The position numbers and the translations under genes are program-made. Of a stretch of DNA of 64,000 bases, positions 12,105-24,991 are shown one piece after another. Positions within the stretch are counted from its first letter, which is position 1; each line of letters begins with the position of its first letter. A model generated the notes under the pieces. That model worked only from the letters and a program-made list of their open reading frames with translations, searched no databases and was not told where the DNA came from. The DNA is from Macrostomum lignano (taxonomy: Eukaryota), in assembly GCA_002269645.1 (NCBI GenBank), contig NIVC01002170.1, forward strand, positions 30,389 to 94,388, written 5' to 3'.

Positions 12105-15100
12105 AATGACACCCTCTGAAATGGCAGCTTCTCAAATGAAATGACAGCCCCTCAAATGAAATAGCAGCCCCTCAAATGAAATAGCAGCCCCTCAAATGAA
12201 ATGACAGCCCCTCAAATGAAATAGCAACCCCTTAAATGAAATGACAGCCCCTCAAATGAAATGACAGCCCCTCAAATGAAATAGCACCCCTCAAATGAAA
12301 TAGCAGCCCCTCAGATGAAATGACAGCCCCTCAAATGAAATGGCACCCCTCAAATGAAATAGCAGCCCCTCAAATAAAATGACAGCCCCTCAAATGTAAT
12401 AACAGCCCCTCAAATGTAATGGCAGACCCTCAAATGTAATGACAGCCCCTTAAATGAAATGGCACTCCTCAAATGAAATGGCAACCGCTCAAATGTAATG
12501 ACAGCCCCTCAAATGAAATAGCAGCCCCTCAAATTAAATGACAGCCCCTCAAATGAAATAGCAGCCCCTCAAATGAAATGGCAGCCCCTCAAATGAAATG
12601 GCAGCCCCTCAAATGAAATAGCAGCCCCTCAAATGTAATGACAGCCCCTCAAATGAAATGGCACCCCTCAAATGAAATGGCAGCCCCTCAAATAAAGTGG
12701 CAGCCCCTCAAATGAAATAGCAACCTCTCAAATGAAATGGCACCCCTCAAATGAAATAGCAACCTCTCAAATGAAATGGCACCCCTCAAATGAAATGGCA
12801 GCCCCTCAAATGAAATAGCAGCCCCTCAAATGTAATGACAGCCCCTCAAATGAAATGGCACCCCTCAAATGAGGTGGCACCCCTCAAATGAAATAGCAAC
12901 CTCTCAAATGAAATGGCAGCCCCTCAAATGAAATGGCAACCCCTCAAATGAAATAGCAACCTCTCAAATGAAATGGCAGCCCCTCAAATGAAATAGCAAC
13001 CTCTCAAATGAAATGGCACCCCTCAAATGAAGTGGCACCCCTCAAATGAAATAGCAACCTCTCAAATGAAATGGCAGCCCTTCAAATGAAATGGCAGCCC
13101 CTCAAATGAAGTGGCACCCCTCAAATGAAATAGCAACCTCTCAAATGAAATGGCAGCCCCTCAAATGAAATGGCACCCCTCAAATGAAATAGCAACCTCT
13201 CAAATGAAATGACAGCCCCTCAAATGAAATGGCAGCCCCTCAAATGAAATGGCAGCCCCTCAAATGAAATGGCACCCCTCAAATGAAATAGCAACCTCTC
13301 AAATGAAATGACAGCCCCTCAAATGAAATGGCACCCCTCAAATGAAATAGCAACCTCTCAAATGAAATGGCAGCCCCTCAAATGAAATAGCAACCTCTCA
13401 AATGAAATGGCACCCCTCAAATGAAGTGGCACCCCTCAAATGAAATAGCAACCTCTCAAATGAAATGGCAGCCCCTCAAATGAAATGGCAGCCCCTCAAA
13501 TGAAGTGGCACTCCTCAAATGAAATAGCAACCTCTCAAATGAAATGGCAGCCCCTCAAATGAAATGGCACCCCTCAAATGAAATAGCAACCTCTCAAATG
13601 AAATGACAGCCCCTCAAATGAAATGGCACCCCTCAAATGAAATGGCACCCCTCAAATGAAATGGCAGCCCCTCAAATGAAATGGCAGCCCCTCAAATGAA
13701 ATGGCAGCCCCTCAAATGAAATGGCAGCCCCTCAAATGAAATGGCAGCCCCTCAAATGAAATGGCAGCCCCTCAAATGAAATGGCAGCCCCTCAAATGAA
13801 ATAGCAGCCCCTCAAATGTAATGACAGCCCCTCAAATGAAATGGCACCCCTCAAATGAAGTGGCACCCCTCAAATGAAATAGCAACCTCTCAAATGAAAT
13901 GACAGCCCCTCAAATGAAATGGCACCCCTCAAATGAAATAGCAACCTCTCAAATGAAATGGCAGCCCCTCAAATGAAATAGCAACCTCTCAAATGAAATG
14001 GCACCCCTCAAATGAAGTGGCACCCCTCAAATGAAATAGCAACCTCTCAAATGAAATCGCAGCCCCTCAAATGAAATGGCAGCCCCTCAAATGAAGTGGC
14101 ACCCCTCAAATGAAATAGCAACCTCTCAAATGAAATGGCAGCCCCTCAAATGAAATGGCACCCCTCAAATGAAATAGCAACCTCTCAAATGAAATGACAG
14201 CCCCTCAAATGAAATGGCACCCCTCAAATGAAATGGCACCCCTCAAATGAAATGGCAGCCCCTCAAATGAAATAGCAGCCCCTCAAATGAAATGACAGCC
14301 CCTCAAATGAAATGGCAGCCCCTCAAATGAAATGGCACCCCTCAAATGAAATGGCACCCCTCAAATGAAATGGCACCCCTCAAATGAAATGGCACCCCTC
14401 AAATGAAATGGCAACCCCTCAAATGAAATAGCAACCTCTCAAATGAAATGGCAGCCCCTCAAATGAAATGGCACCCCTCAAATGAAATAGCAACCTCTCA
14501 AATGAAATGACAGCCCCTCAAATGAAATGGCACCCCTCAAATGAAATAGCAACCTCTCAAATGAAATGACATCCCCTCAAATGAAATGGCACCCCTCAAA
14601 TGAAATGGCACCCCTCAAATGAAATGACAGCCCCTCAAATGAAATGGCAGCCCCTCAAATGAAATGACAGCCCCTCAAATGAAATAGCAGCCCCTCAAAT
14701 GAAATGACAGCCCCTCAAATGAAATGGCACCCCTCAAATGAAATGGCAGCCCCTCAAATGAAATAGCAGCCCCTCAAATGTAATGACAGCCCCTCAAATG
14801 AAATGGCACCCCTCAAATGAGGTGGCACCCCTCAAATGAAATAGCAACCTCTCAAATGAAATGGCAGCCCCTCAAATGAAATGGCAACCCCTCAAATGAA
14901 ATAGCAACCTCTCAAATGAAATGGCAGCCCCTCAAATGAAATAGCAACCTCTCAAATGAAATGGCACCCTCAAATGAAGTGGCACCCTCAAATGAAATAG
15001 CAACCTCTCAAATGAAATGGCAGCCCTTCAAATGAAATGGCAGCCCCTCAAATGAAGTGGCACCCCTCAAATGAAATAGCAACCTCTCAAATGAAATGGC

Positions 15101-16750
15101 AGCCCCTCAAATGAAATGGCACCCCTCAAATGAAATAGCAACCTCTCAAATGAAATGACAGCCCCTCAAATGAAATGGCAGCCCCTCAAATGAAATGGCA
15201 GCCCCTCAAATGAAATGGCACCCCTCAAATGAAATAGCAACCTCTCAAATGAAATGACAGCCCTCAAATGAAATGGCACCCCTCAAATGAAATAGCAACC
15301 TCTCAAATGAAATGGCAGCCCCTCAAATGAAATAGCAACCTCTCAAATGAAATGGCACCCCTCAAATGAAGTGGCACCCCTCAAATGAAATAGCAACCTC
15401 TCAAATGAAATGGCAGCCCCTCAAATGAAATGGCAGCCCCTCAAATGAAGTGGCACTCCTCAAATGAAATAGCAACCTCTCAAATGAAATGGCAGCCCCT
15501 CAAATGAAATGGCACCCCTCAAATGAAATAGCAACCTCTCAAATGAAATGACAGCCCCTCAAATGAAATGGCACCCCTCAAATGAAATGGCACCCCTCAA
15601 ATGAAATGGCAGCCCCTCAAATGAAATGGCAGCCCCTCAAATGAAATGGCAGCCCCTCAAATGAAATGGCAGCCCCTCAAATGAAATGGCAGCCCCTCAA
15701 ATGAAATGGCAGCCCCTCAAATGAAATGGCAGCCCCTCAAATGAAATAGCAGCCCCTCAAATGTAATGACAGCCCCTCAAATGAAATGGCACCCCTCAAA
15801 TGAAGTGGCACCCCTCAAATGAAATAGCAACCTCTCAAATGAAATGACAGCCCCTCAAATGAAATGGCACCCCTCAAATGAAATAGCAACCTCTCAAATG
15901 AAATGGCAGCCCCTCAAATGAAATAGCAACCTCTCAAATGAAATGGCACCCCTCAAATGAAGTGGCACCCCTCAAATGAAATAGCAACCTCTCAAATGAA
16001 ATCGCAGCCCCTCAAATGAAATGGCAGGCCCTCAAATGAAGTGGCACCCCTCAAATGAAATAGCAACCTCTCAAATGAAATGGCAGCCCCTCAAATGAAA
16101 TGGCACCCCTCAAATGAAATAGCAACCTCTCAAATGAAATGACAGCCCCTCAAATGAAATGGCACCCCTCAAATGAAATGGCACCCCTCAAATGAAATGG
16201 CAGCCCCTCAAATGAAATAGCAGCCCCTCAAATGAAATGACAGCCCCTCAAATGAAATGGCAGCCCCTCAAATGAAATGGCACCCCTCAAATGAAATGGC
16301 ACCCCTCAAATGAAATGGCACCCCTCAAATGAAATGGCACCCCTCAAATGAAATGGCAACCCCTCAAATGAAATAGCAACCTCTCAAATGAAATGGCAGC
16401 CCCTCAAATGAAATGGCACCCCTCAAATGAAATAGCAACCTCTCAAATGAAATGACAGCCCCTCAAATGAAATGGCACCCCTCAAATGAAATAGCAACCT
16501 CTCAAATGAAATGACAGCCCCTCAAATGAAATGGCACCCCTCAAATGAAATGGCACCCCTCAAATGAAATGACAGCCCCTCAAATGAAATGGCAGCCCCT
16601 CAAATGAAATGACAGCCCCTCAAATGAAATAGCAGCCCCTCAAATGAAATGACAGCCCCTCAAATGAAATGGCAGCCCCTCAAATGAAATGGCACCCCTC
16701 AAATGAAATGGCACCCCTCAAATGAAATGGCAGCCCCTCAAATGAAGTGG
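12105..16750. repeat. Intergenic satellite, 19-20-bp unit CCCCTCAAATGAAATGGCAG (~230 copies) with ~1.95-kb higher-order duplication
   Basis: Directly visible. Rare variants (GAGGTGGC, ATCGCAG, GCACTCCT) recur about 1945 nt apart. Confidence 0.97.
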
Positions 16751-17399
16751 CGCACAAAGGCGCAACCCGCAGTCAAAACTGCTAGCTACGAGGTCCTGAA
16801 CGCCTTCCTATTCGTTACTTCTGCACTTTTCTTTTTAATGATATTCTTTTCAAGCACCCGCAGATAGCAATACTTCTTATTATGTAATTTCCTTTCTTCT
16901 GCCCAAGTCAATATTTTGAGCAGGCGGGAGTGGCTGGTCTTCTACCTTCCTTCTCAGCTGCAGTCACACGCGATTTGCCTTTGGGAATTTCTGTCTTCCT
17001 CGCGCCTGTGCCATTTTTTATTTCCTATTATTTGCTATTTTTTGACGGATGCTTTATATACTACTTATATTCTACCATGCAGAACAGCGTTCAACAGACT
17101 CGGTATGTATTATTTATTATTTCAGTCCACGCAATTACACGGACCTTAAACGGAATAATATTTCATTCACTATATTGACTCTTAAATTGTATGTTGTTTT
17201 GCGTTTCGGACCTTTAAATAAGATTGTTTTTTTTGCTTTGAGATACTTCTCAAGCACAATTGCGAATTGAAATACCTTTATATTTGAAGTAATAAGAATA
17301 ATATAAAATAATAGTAAGTTTACATTAGATTGAAACAATGAAATGAAAAAATTAACGCAGCAAACCTGGTAGACTTCACAGACTTAAATCCCACATTCA

Positions 17400-17840
17400 G
17401 ATAGTCAGTCTCCGTGATCCCATCAGCCTTCCTACTCTCTGACTAATCAGCCTTCCCACTCTCTGATCCCACCAGCCTTCCCACTCTCTGATCCCATCAG
17501 CCTTCCCACTCTGATCCCATCAGTCTCTCTGATCCCATCAGTCTCTCTGACCCCATCAGTCTCTCTGATCCCATCAGTCTCTCTGATCCCATCAGTCTCT
17601 CTGATCCCATCAGTCTCTCTGATCCCATCAGGCTTCCCCCTCTCTTATCCCATCAGTCTCTCTGATCCCATCAGTCTCTCTGACCCCATCAGCCTCTCTG
17701 ATCCCGTCAGCCTCTCTGATCCCATCAGTCTCTCTGACCCCATCAGCCTCTCTGATCCCGTCAGCCTCTCTGATCCCATCAGTCTCTCTGACCCCATCAG
17801 CCTCTCTGATCCCGTCAGCCTCTCTGATCCCATCAGTCTT
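17400..17840. repeat. 18-bp minisatellite GATCCCATCAGTCTCTCT downstream of the DEF8-like stop (probable 3' UTR)
   Basis: Directly visible. The DGIREA-repeat ORF lies beyond the inferred stop codon. Confidence 0.9.
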
Positions 17841-17908
17841 ATCAGATAGTGGGAAGGATGATGGGATCAATATTCCACTCCCTGATCCCACCACTGGGTC
17901 CCAGCCAT

Positions 17909-20900
17909 TCACACGGAGAACTGCCGCTTAGCCTGCAGCCGGAAGACTCCGTAATCAGACAGGTGCAACTCGCTACTGGGCGTCACCATCAGCAGCCGCC
18001 GCAGCAGCGCCAGCTGGTCAGCCGTGGTCTGGCCCGGTCGGTAGACGGCCAGCAGCCTGGGATCGTAGGAGATCGGCCCTCCTGCCAGCTGATTGGCTCG
18101 GCGAACCTCCGACTGGCATTGGCAGACTCGACAAGCGCGGATGGTGTACCGACAGGTCCTGTTTGTTTTTTGCGGCCGGTTTCGGGTGGGGGCCCTTTAT
18201 TGCAGAGCATTCAACTGCATACGGCTATGTAACTGAAACCTTAGTGACACCTTACACATGTTGCAACCTTCTTACACACGATGTAACTTTCTTACACACG
18301 ATGTAACCTTCTTACACATAATGTAACCTTACACATGATGCAACATTCTTACACATGATGCAACCTTCTTACACATGATGCAACCTTCTTCTTACACATG
18401 ATGCAACCTTCTTACACATGATGCAACATTCTTACACATGATGCAACCTTATTCTTACACATGATGCAACCTTCTTCTTACACATAATGCAACTTTCTTA
18501 CACATGATGCAACCTTTTTTAGACATGATGCTTTTTATTGAATTATTTAATGACACATTGTAACCTTCTTACACATGTTGCAACCTTCTTACACACGATG
18601 TAACCTTCTTACACATTATGCAACCTCTTTTAGACATGATGCAACCTTCTTAAACACAATGCAACCTCATTAAAGGCATTTTGTATCCTTTCTTACACGT
18701 TGCAATTTTATTCTGACATCGAACGTCTTTAACATACTCTGAAGTCAACCCTTCCCAAGTGAGCACCGCCAAAGCTGACCTGTGGTACATACTGTCGCAG
18801 CCGTGGCAGTGCACAGCCACCTGGCTGTACTTGTACACCAGTCGCCGAGTGTCCAGACAGACTGGACACACGCGCGGTGTGCAGCTCAAACAAGCGGCCC
18901 TGTGATTGGCTGCGCACTGGGCGATTCTGATTGGCTGGCTGGTCAGCTGAGCCCAGCGGCCCTGTGCCATGGCCAGCAGCTCGCCGGGCGTGAACTCGCT
19001 GACCCTGTCGGCGCTGTCGACAGCGTCATCGTCGACTGTGGGCTGGGCAAAGTACATGTAGTGCATGGAGCCCGGCACCTGGGATGAGGTGTGGTGTACA
19101 TGGTTTTGGATTTAATTAGGGATGCTAAAATTAGTGACTTAATGCGAGCATATCTGGGTTTGGACTACATTAGATTTTCAAAGTTTAGACTTAACAACGC
19201 TTCAAATCAATTTGACCGCAGAGGATCCGTGCGCAGAGCAAAGTTTTGCGTGAATTTCTGAGGCAACTATGGCCAGCGCCCCAAAGAGTGAAGATGGTAC
19301 TTTGCTGAGCAACAACTGAGTGCACAGCGATGTGTGTTGTCGAGTATGGGCAATGAAATCATGAACGAATCGCAAAATGCAAGCTCCTCTGTTTGCAAGT
19401 AAAGTAATGAATTTAATGCTTTCTTTTTTCTGTGCATAATTCTGTCCATAGACAAATTTCAGTCAGTCACAGTGAGCATCATTTTGCAATTGGGCTTTGG
19501 TATTGCCATGGACTTCTATACTTAGCATCTGGACTGGAGGCGAAAAAATTCTCGCAAAAAAATTACCACATGAGGCCAATTTTTTCCATAGATATGCATT
19601 TATCAAAAACTGCTGCGGCTTATATCGAATACAACTAAACTCACTTTCTTCATTTGACTCTGCATAATGAAAGCATATCCTTCGTTATGGTGAATAAGTG
19701 TTCGGCATTCGGCTGCAGGAGTGGCTTCGCTAATAGTTCGACACCAGACAGGACTGTGACGTTTCATTGTTATCCACTTAACAAGCCGAGTCTACTGGAA
19801 AATGGAACAAGGCGAATCCGAGGAAGGACTTTGAACCCACCAAGTACTCTCGCACCTGCTCACTGCATTTCACATCTGAGGACTTCGTTGAGTCAACACA
19901 AGACAACAATTTCACTCGCAAAGCGAAGAAAGGCCAGCTGGCTAAGCGTTATCTGAGACAAGATGCGGTGCCAACTATTTTTCCAAACGCACCATCATAC
20001 CTTTCCTCTGTCCGCCCAGCAGCTCGGATCACATGCACTGCGACATCATCTGCGCGTATGGAGGCGGAAAACAGGCGCCTGGATAATCAGATTTCCGACT
20101 TCTTTGCCACTGATTCAATTATCGATTGCTCGCCACGAGAAATTCAAGAACTGCTAGATTCTGAGGGGACGAGGCCAGATGGGTTTCAAGCATTTACCTG
20201 GAACATTTCATGGGTCAGATGATGTGCACGGCTGGCCATGATGTAAAAGAGGGAATTATTTGCGCATTTTTCAACTGCATGATGAAAAATTTGGTCAAAG
20301 ATATTTCGGTTGGTGGAGCTGGAGCCAAAAGTAAGCGAAAGTCGGCTAAACTTTCCAGTGGCAGTTCATACTAACAACTTTGATTTCTTATGGCCTCATG
20401 TGGTAACGCGAATTTTTTCGCTTCCAGTCCAGATGCTAAGTATAGAAGTCCATGGGTATTGCTTAAACAAGACATTTATCGATGCCTTCTTAATGAATGA
20501 GTGCAGAAGTCGACTAGTATACATTTCGATATAGTTTGTGTAGCTCTATGGTTATTTTCGTGGTAACTCTAAAGTTACTTTCGTGGGTATAACTTTTGTT
20601 CTCTGGTATCAATTTTAAAAATTCAAAAAGCAGTTTGTAGAATAGATTTCCCGCTATATTAGTTCATACAATTTTAAATCACATGTAGCTATGGAACCAG
20701 AGCTACGGTTAAAAGTATCACTACTTTTTGGAAACCCCTCGTAACTTTTCATTTTACGAGCTATAAAGTCGATTAGCTGCGACATGTCGGGAGCACGAGA
20801 ATTTCCCGCAACATTTTTTTCCCGCCGAGGTTTGCCCGCAAATGTTCTTTTCTGCAGCGCATTTGGCCAGCTAGAAGATTCTGTCTGCATTCCCACCCCC

Positions 20901-23900
20901 AATGCTTAGTATTGCGTAAGTCTTAATAAAGAGATTTATGGAAGAAAGCGACATTGCATAGGCTTGAATTTATATTTGCTCACCGATGTACCCCTGCGTG
21001 TATAGAGCATTGCGGGCAAACCTCAGCGAGAAAAACTACTCGGCGGGCAATTCTCATGGACCCGTACATGTCTGAGGATCAGAAAGTCAGAGCCGCTGTA
21101 CACCCTGGGTGAGCGTGTGTATGAGTGCGTGCCAGCGTACAGTATTGGCACGCTTGAATGTGCTCAGGAGCATGTTTGGGCGCAACCTAGGGATTCACCC
21201 GGCCGTTTCTATAGGCAACACACACATGTAAGTCGCTATTGGATGGAATAGTAGTCACGTAGTCACTAATAGTAGTCACGTGACTGCTCTCAGCCAATAG
21301 CGACTTACATGTGTGTGTTGCCAATAGAAACGGCCGAGTGATTCCCAAGGTTGCGCATGTATGCTCAAGAGTCGGTGGATCATGGGCAGAATTGCCGCAG
21401 CGCTGGTTGAGCGGGACGATGTCGCCGAAGACGTTGCGCCAGGGTATCTGCAGGCCCTCTCGTGAAATTCAAATTGTAATTCTTGTCCCAATCTGCACTT
21501 GAAACATTCCAAGCCAGTCTGAGCTCCGCAATTTTTTCCCATTTCCCTTCCCCGAGACTCGCCTCATCCGCCAGACGGTCCCGCATGTCCGGGCACAGCC
21601 AGCTCGCCAGCAGCGACTGTCGGGCCCTGACCCGAGCGTCAATCACATCGCCGAGCTTCAGTAGGAACGGCGCCTTCGTCCAGGCGGCCAAATCGGGGTC
21701 GCCGCGGTCGCCGAGTCGCAGCGCCAGGCGGTCCTGGCAGGCGCGCAGCAGGCCGAGGGCGCGTCGGCAGACGGGGACCGGGGTGCAGTCGCCCGAAGCC
21801 AGCAGTCTCGATGGCAGCACGGCCCGATCGTTCCAATGGCAGAGCGAGCAGCAGCGCTGGCCGTAGTAGTGGCAGTAGCGAGCGGCACCGCTGTATGACG
21901 TCATCTCGGCGCCGCACTGGCCGCAGTGAGTTGCGCCCCGGATCTTCGATGCCCAGCTGCTGGACAGAAGCCGCTGGAACACGGGATGCGTGCGACTTTC
22001 TTTCAAATATATTTGCACCTGGCAAAGTCCTTTGATCCCACGAATCCCAATATGGAGTACAATTCTGATCCCATAATGCACGGACCCGACCATTCTCCTC
22101 GGCATTTATCCTCAATAAATAATTCTCTGGTGATCGGCTCGCAATGATCAGACTAGTATTCCCCATGATACTCTAATCCGTCCTCATCGGGTGCAGGTCG
22201 TTTCGGTGACAAGTCAGTTCGGTGACAAGACAAGTCATTTCGGGGACAGTCAGTTCGGTGACAAGTGATTTCGGTGACAGTCAGTTCGATCGGTGACAAG
22301 TCATTTCGGGGACAGTCAGTTCGGTGACAGTCATTTCGGTGACAAGTGATTTCGGTGACAGTCAGTTCGATCGGTGACAAGTCAGTTCGGGGACAGTCAG
22401 TTCGATCGGTGACAAGTCATTTCGGGGACAGTCATTTCGGTGACAAGTGATTTCGGTGACAGTCAGTTCGATCGGTGACAAGTCAGTTCGGTGACAAGTC
22501 AGTTCGGTGACAAGTCAGTTCGGTGACAAGTCAGTTCGGTGACAAGTCAGTTCGGTGACAAGTCAGTTCAGTGACAGTCAGTTCGGTGACAGTCAGTTCG
22601 GTGATAGTCAGTTCGGTGACAGTCAGTTCGGTGACAAGTCAGTTCGGTGACAGTCATTTCGGTGACAAGTCAGTTCGGTGACAGTCAGTTCGGTGACAAG
22701 TCAGTTCGGTGACAAGTCAGTTCGGTGACAAAGTCATTTCAGTGACAAGTCAGTTCGGTGACAAGTCAGTTCGGTGACAAGTCAGTTCAGTGACAAGTCA
22801 GTTCAGTGACAAGTCAGTTCGGTGACAAGTCAGTTCGGTGACAGTCAGTTCGGTGACAAGTCAGTTCGGTGACAGTCATTTCGGTGACAAGTCAGTTCGG
22901 TGACAGTCATTTCGGTGACAAGTCAGTTCGGTGACAGTCAGTTCGGTGACAAGTCAGTTCGGTGACAGTCAGTTCGGTGACAAGTCAGTTCGGTGACAAG
23001 TCAGTTCAGTGACAAGTCAGTTCGGTGACAAGTCAGTTCGGTGACAAGTCAGTTCGGTGACAGTCAGTTCGGTGACAAGTCAGTTCGGTGACAGTCAGTT
23101 CGGTGACAGTCAGTTCGGTGACAGTCAGTTCGGTGACAGTCAGTTCGGTGACAAGTCAGTTCGGTGACAAGTCAGTTCGGTGACAGTCAGTTCGGTGACA
23201 AGTCAGTTCGGTGACAAGTCAGTTCAGTGACAAGTCAGTTCGGTGAAAAGTCAGTTCGGTGACAAGTCAGTTCGGTGACAGTCAGTTCGGTGACAAGTCA
23301 GTTCGGTGACAGTCAGTTCGGTGACAGTCAGTTCGGTGACAGTCAGTTCGGTGACAGTCAGTTCGGTGACAAGTCAGTTCGGTGACAGTCATTTCGGTGA
23401 CAAGTCAGTTCGGTGACAAGTCAGTTTGATCGGTGACAAAGTCATTTCGGTGACAAGTCAGTTCGGTGATAAGTCAGTTCGGTGACAAGTCAGTTCGGTG
23501 ACAAGTCAGTTTGATCGGTGACAAGTCAGTTCGGTGACAAGTCAGTTCGGTGACAAGTCAGTTCGGTGACAAGTCAGTTCAGTGACAAGTCAGTTCGGTG
23601 ACAAGTCAGTTCGGTGACAGTCAGTTCAGTGACAAGTCAGTTCGGTGACAAGTCAGTTCGGTGACAGTCAGTTCGGTGACAAGTCAGTTCGGTGACAGTC
23701 ATTTCGGTGACAAGTCAGTTCGGTGACAGTCAGTTCGGTGACAAGTCAGTTCGGTGACAGTCAGTTCGGTGACAGTCAGTTCGGTGACAAGTCAGTTCGG
23801 TGACAGTCAGTTCGGTGACAAGTCAGTTCGGTGACAAGTCAGTTCAGTGACAAGTCAGTTCGGTGACAGTCATTTCGGTGACAAGTCAGTTCGGTGACAG

Positions 23901-24991
23901 TCAGTTCGGTGACAAGTCAGTTCGGTGACAAGTCAGTTCGGTGACAAGTCAGTTCAGTGACAAGTCAGTTCGGTGACAAGTCAGTTCAGTGACAGTCAGT
24001 TCGGTGACAGTCAGTTTGGTGACAGTCAGTTCGGTGACAAGTCAGTTCGGTGACAGTCAGTTCGGTGACAAGTCAGTTCAGTGACAAGTCAGTTCAGTGA
24101 CAAGTCAGTTCGGTGACAAGTCAGTTCGGTGACAGTCAGTTCGGTGACAGTCAGTTCGGTGACAAGTCAGTTCAGTGACAAGTCAGTTCAGTGATAAGTC
24201 AGTTCAGTGACAAGTCAGTTCAGTGACAAGTCAGTTCAGTGACAGTCAGTTCGCTGACAAGTCAGTTCGGTGACAAGTCAGTTCGGTGACAAGTCACTTC
24301 AGTGACAAGTCAGTTCGGTGACAAGTCAGTTCAGTGACAAGTTAGTTCAGTGACAAGTCAGTTCGGTGACAAGTCAGTTCAGTGACAAGTCAGTTCGGTG
24401 ACAAGTCAGTTCGGTGACAAGTCATTTTGGTTACAAGTCACTTTGCTCGTATTCTGTTTGCCATCGAACCAGCTGAAATCCTTTCTTCATCAGGACAAAA
24501 AGTCTGAGAACTTGTACGAGCTAACTAGGCCTTAGAAGTTTCATCCACTACCAGCAATAATAGCACAGATGTAGATGTAAGTGATGATAAAACGATAAAA
24601 CAAATACATAGCTTACCGGCGGTCCCCAGTACAGCTCGGCCTCTCCACTGTCCACCATCGCCACCGGGCAGCTGTGCACCCGGTTCTTACCGGCGCCAGA
24701 GGACGCACCCTGTTCCAGCAGGCAGGCCCGGTGAAGGCCCAGGCCGCACAGTCTGCACCGGTAGTGCTGAGGCCTGCCGCCTGCAGTGCCACCAGCAGCC
24801 CGGCCAGTGGCGGCCAGCACCAGCCAGCTCTGCAGCGACAGCAGCCGCTTCGCGCACTGTTCGCACCGGTCGCTGCATGCGATTTCGGCAGAAGTACCGG
24901 CCGGTCTGTTGCTGGTGGTGGTGGTGGTTAGACTTAGCCGGCCTGCTGTCACCGGTTGAAGGCTGTGGCCGCGAAATACGAAGCAGGTCAT
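17909..24991 (-). CDS. DEF8: DEF8-like protein (C1 domain + Rubicon-homology domain); complement join(24617..24991,21563..21973,18780..19078,17909..18158), ~444 aa
   Basis: C1-like GHSL...CEQC...YRCRLCGLGLHRAC. RH motifs CGQC...ARYCHYYGQRCCSLCHWNDRAVLPSRL, H-x3-CxxC...CPVC and HCHGCDSMYHR|TC...CRVC match the DEF8/PLEKHM1/Rubicon family, and C1+RH is the DEF8 architecture. All junction phases are consistent; intron 2 needs a GC donor. Start codon uncertain. Confidence 0.8.
18240..18655. repeat. Intronic 20-bp minisatellite AACCTTCTTACACATGATGC
   Basis: Directly visible in DEF8-like intron 3. Confidence 0.9.
19507..20454 (+). mobile_element. Internally deleted P-superfamily DNA transposon encoding a THAP-domain remnant
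   Basis: ~65-bp TIRs beginning CATGGACTTCTATACTTAGCATCTGGACTGG. Perfect 8-bp TSD GGTATTGC at 19499-19506 and 20455-20462. CATG termini, 8-bp TSD and THAP are P-element hallmarks. Confidence 0.88.
19687..20222 (+). pseudogene. THAP zinc-finger N-terminus of a transposase with one -1 frameshift
   Basis: MVNKCSAFGC...VTFHCYP...[frameshift at A4 19799-19802]KW...FEPTKYSRTCSLHFTSEDF...AVPTIFP gives the complete C2CH THAP signature including the AVPTIF motif. No catalytic domain present. Confidence 0.85.
20781..21072. mobile_element. MITE-like element with imperfect ~29-bp terminal inverted repeats (GACATGT...)
   Basis: GACATGTCGGGAGCACGAGAATTTCCCGC vs reverse complement of GCGGGCAATTCTCATGGACCCGTACATGTC. 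No clear TSD. Confidence 0.45.
21064..21450 (+). repeat. Dispersed repeat homologous to 44731-44920, interrupted by a hairpin element
   Basis: GTACATGTCTGAGGATCAGAAAGTCAG..GCCGCTGTACACCCTG...GTACAGTATTGGC..GCTTG..TGTGCTCAG is near-identical to 44731-44835. Similarity resumes after 21366. Confidence 0.8.
21168..21366. mobile_element. Foldback/hairpin MITE (~200 bp, ~70-bp arms)
   Basis: Perfect 29-bp inverted pair 21214-21242 / 21294-21322, extending imperfectly to GAGCAT...ATGCTC. Confidence 0.8.
22200..24440. repeat. Intronic minisatellite, 15-16-bp unit GACAAGTCAGTTCGGT (~140 copies)
   Basis: Directly visible in DEF8-like intron 1. Confidence 0.98.

Noticed and set aside
16916-17000. Possible extra terminal exon (GTGARKTEIPKGK...)
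   Set aside because: No convincing splice sites or homology, and both neighbouring genes already have stop codons.
17628-17912. DGIREA-repeat protein
   Set aside because: Begins at the inferred DEF8-like stop and is an 18-bp repeat translation; its start overlaps the TGA.
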